Below, in pieces: positions 61,946 through 64,000 of a stretch of DNA of 64,000 bases (position 1 is the first letter of the stretch; every line of letters begins with the position of its first letter). Below the pieces are notes generated by a model. The model had not been told where the DNA came from. It did no database searches and saw only the letters and a list, made by a program, of their open reading frames with translations. The DNA is from Octopus vulgaris (Eukaryota), in assembly GCA_951406725.2 (NCBI GenBank), contig OX597815.1:4650001-4714000 (forward strand), read 5' to 3'. A program made the translations under genes and the position numbers.

Positions 61946-64000
61946 ATTAAGTTGGCTATAAAGATTACCACTAAGGTCTTAACTCTTTTGATACCAGCCT
62001 GCTTAAGACTCCCTTGCTTCAATCATATTCTTGTGAAGTCTCTAGGACTTAGGGTATGACTAGAGGCAGGTTTGGTATCTTTTTCTAGCAGGTTGAATCA
62101 ATGTTCCAAGGGTTTCCTCAGTGTTGTTCTTAGACTGTTAATCAGTCATTCATTGCTTGCAGACATGGCTGTGTGGTTATGTTTGCTTCCTAACCACATG
62201 GTCTCAAGTTCAATCCCACTGCCTAGTATCAGGCCAGGGTCAACCAAAGTCTTGGGTGGATTTCGTGCCGTGGATGGAAACTGAAAGAAGCCCATTGTGT
62301 CTGTGTGTACACACACACACATACACTGGGCTGTTGCAGTCATGATCATGAAATTGAGGTTTCAATTCCTGTACTGGGTGGTGCATTGTGTTCTGTTGCT
62401 CTGTGATCACTTCGATGCCTGACATGTGGAATACCGTGCTCCTGTATAAGTGATGTCCGTTTGATGGAAGCCCAAAACATTTCATCACTTGAGACAAATA
62501 CATTGTGCAGGTGGTTCATCAATGAATTGCAGGACCATTGCTCTTGAACTATAAGATGCTACTATTAGCATGAGAAATAGAATGAACTAAACAGAACAAG
62601 GGGAGATACATGGGATGGAGAGCTGCTGAAGAGGTCACAGGAGGTGTGATGAAAGATTTCCAGACAAAGGACATAGAATAGGAATCGTAATAAATCTGAA
62701 GTGAAGAACGAATATGTTATGTGTGTGTGTTAATTTGACAAGAAAAAAAAAAAGGAATGACCAACCTGAAGTATAACATATTTAAACATCCTGTCATCGT
62801 CATCCAGTGTTTTAAATCCAGGTTTGGTCTCTGTTAACAGGGGTGGCTGGTTCTACCTCAATACCATAGCAACCAAGGTAGGCAGGTGCAGCCCACCCCA
62901 ACCTTTTGGCTAGCTGGTGCCCATTCTCCTTTGCTATCATGAGGCCTTTTTGGAGCTGGATTTTCTCTGGAGAGCATGCCCTTACTTACCCCTATCCTCA
63001 GTTTTTAGACATGAGTGGTCCTGAGACCATGATTTTTAAGAAATGTGGAAAATTTGCTCAGGAAGGCAAGGATGCTACTCCCTGAGACCCCTTTCAGAGA
63101 ACCCCTACCCTGTACACTGTGTAAAGTGGTTGGTGTTAGGAATGGCATCCAGCTCTAGATACTATGCCAAAGCAGCCTGGAGCTTGGTGTGGTCCCCCTG
63201 GCTTACCAGCTCCTGTCAAACCATCCAACCCATGCCAGCATGAAAGACAGACGTTCAATGATGATGATGGTATATACGTTTTTTGGGGGGTGGGGGTTGT
63301 TTTTAATCGTTGGTCGACAGTATTGCAGAAACAGTAACTGAACCACCTCTGCTGTACCAAGGCTGTTTCCAAATGCAAGTGCCAAATCTCAAGTACACTC
63401 ACAGCCTCTCCACCCATGGCTGCATCACAAACGAAAGACAAACCAATAAGTTTGCAGCATCGAAAGAGCTGCAAGAGATGCCAAATATTGGTTTTTAAGT
63501 ATAACTGTTCTTGTCTGTCTGAGACACCCTCATTCTGGACTTTTTTGTAGGGGTTTAATCTCCAAGCCCTTTTTTAAACACTCAACTTTCCCCACAGACC
63601 AGCAGGGGTTTATTATTTTAATGGGTTTGGTTTGTGCTGAGCCAATCCTGGTCTCTTGTCCTTCAAACAAGTCTTGACTATATATGGTTGTAAGTTGATT
63701 CATTTCTCGTCATTTGTAAAAACAAGTCTGGCCATGGGGTAAAACTGTTTACCTTACTTGGAAACAGGTGAGGGTTGGTGACAGGAAGGGCATCCAGCTG
63801 TAGAAAAATCTGTCTGTCCCATGCAAGCAAGGAAAAGTGGACATTAAAGCAATGATGATGATAATACCTGCTTGTCTGTTTTAATCAGTCCAATGCCAGC
63901 GCCGCCTCGACTGGCTTCCGTGCTGGTGGCACATAAAAAGCACCATCTGAATCGTGGCCGATGCCAGTGCCGCCTCGACTGGCTTCTGTGCCGGTGGCAC

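Noticed and set aside
528-63498. Recurrent ORFs such as RLPNPLTRLWSARGYSRRHLPKVPRSGTEPGTMW and FLQLDALPNANHS
   Set aside because: Translations of non-coding SINE and RTE-UTR repeats.
63294-63500. TBC1D15 exon 3
   Set aside because: No convincing acceptor/donor pair or similarity.

Overview
AT-rich, microsatellite- and transposon-dense eukaryotic DNA. The SINE/LINE repertoire and gene sequences point to a cephalopod, most likely Octopus (inference). Two divergent protein-coding genes are visible. RAB21 lies on the minus strand: exon 1 CDS 49724-49879, exon 2 4987-5046, with a ~44.7 kb first intron and further exons left of the window. A TBC1D15/17-family Rab-GAP lies on the plus strand: exon 1 CDS 51654-51671, exon 2 56563-56661. 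These two genes are also neighbours in human. Almost all ORFs in the supplied track are spurious translations of repeats. The introns hold tRNA-derived SINE families, RTE and CR1-group LINE 3' ends, non-autonomous Helitrons, and mariner/pogo/hAT/piggyBac-like MITEs. The most unusual content is a set of type I hammerhead ribozyme motifs in at least four distinct repeat families. One is a ~353-nt tandem retrozyme-like unit whose inverted partner copy starts at the predicted self-cleavage site. Another is a tRNA-promoter-headed SINE fused to a hammerhead. All calls are by eye; repeat boundaries are approximate.
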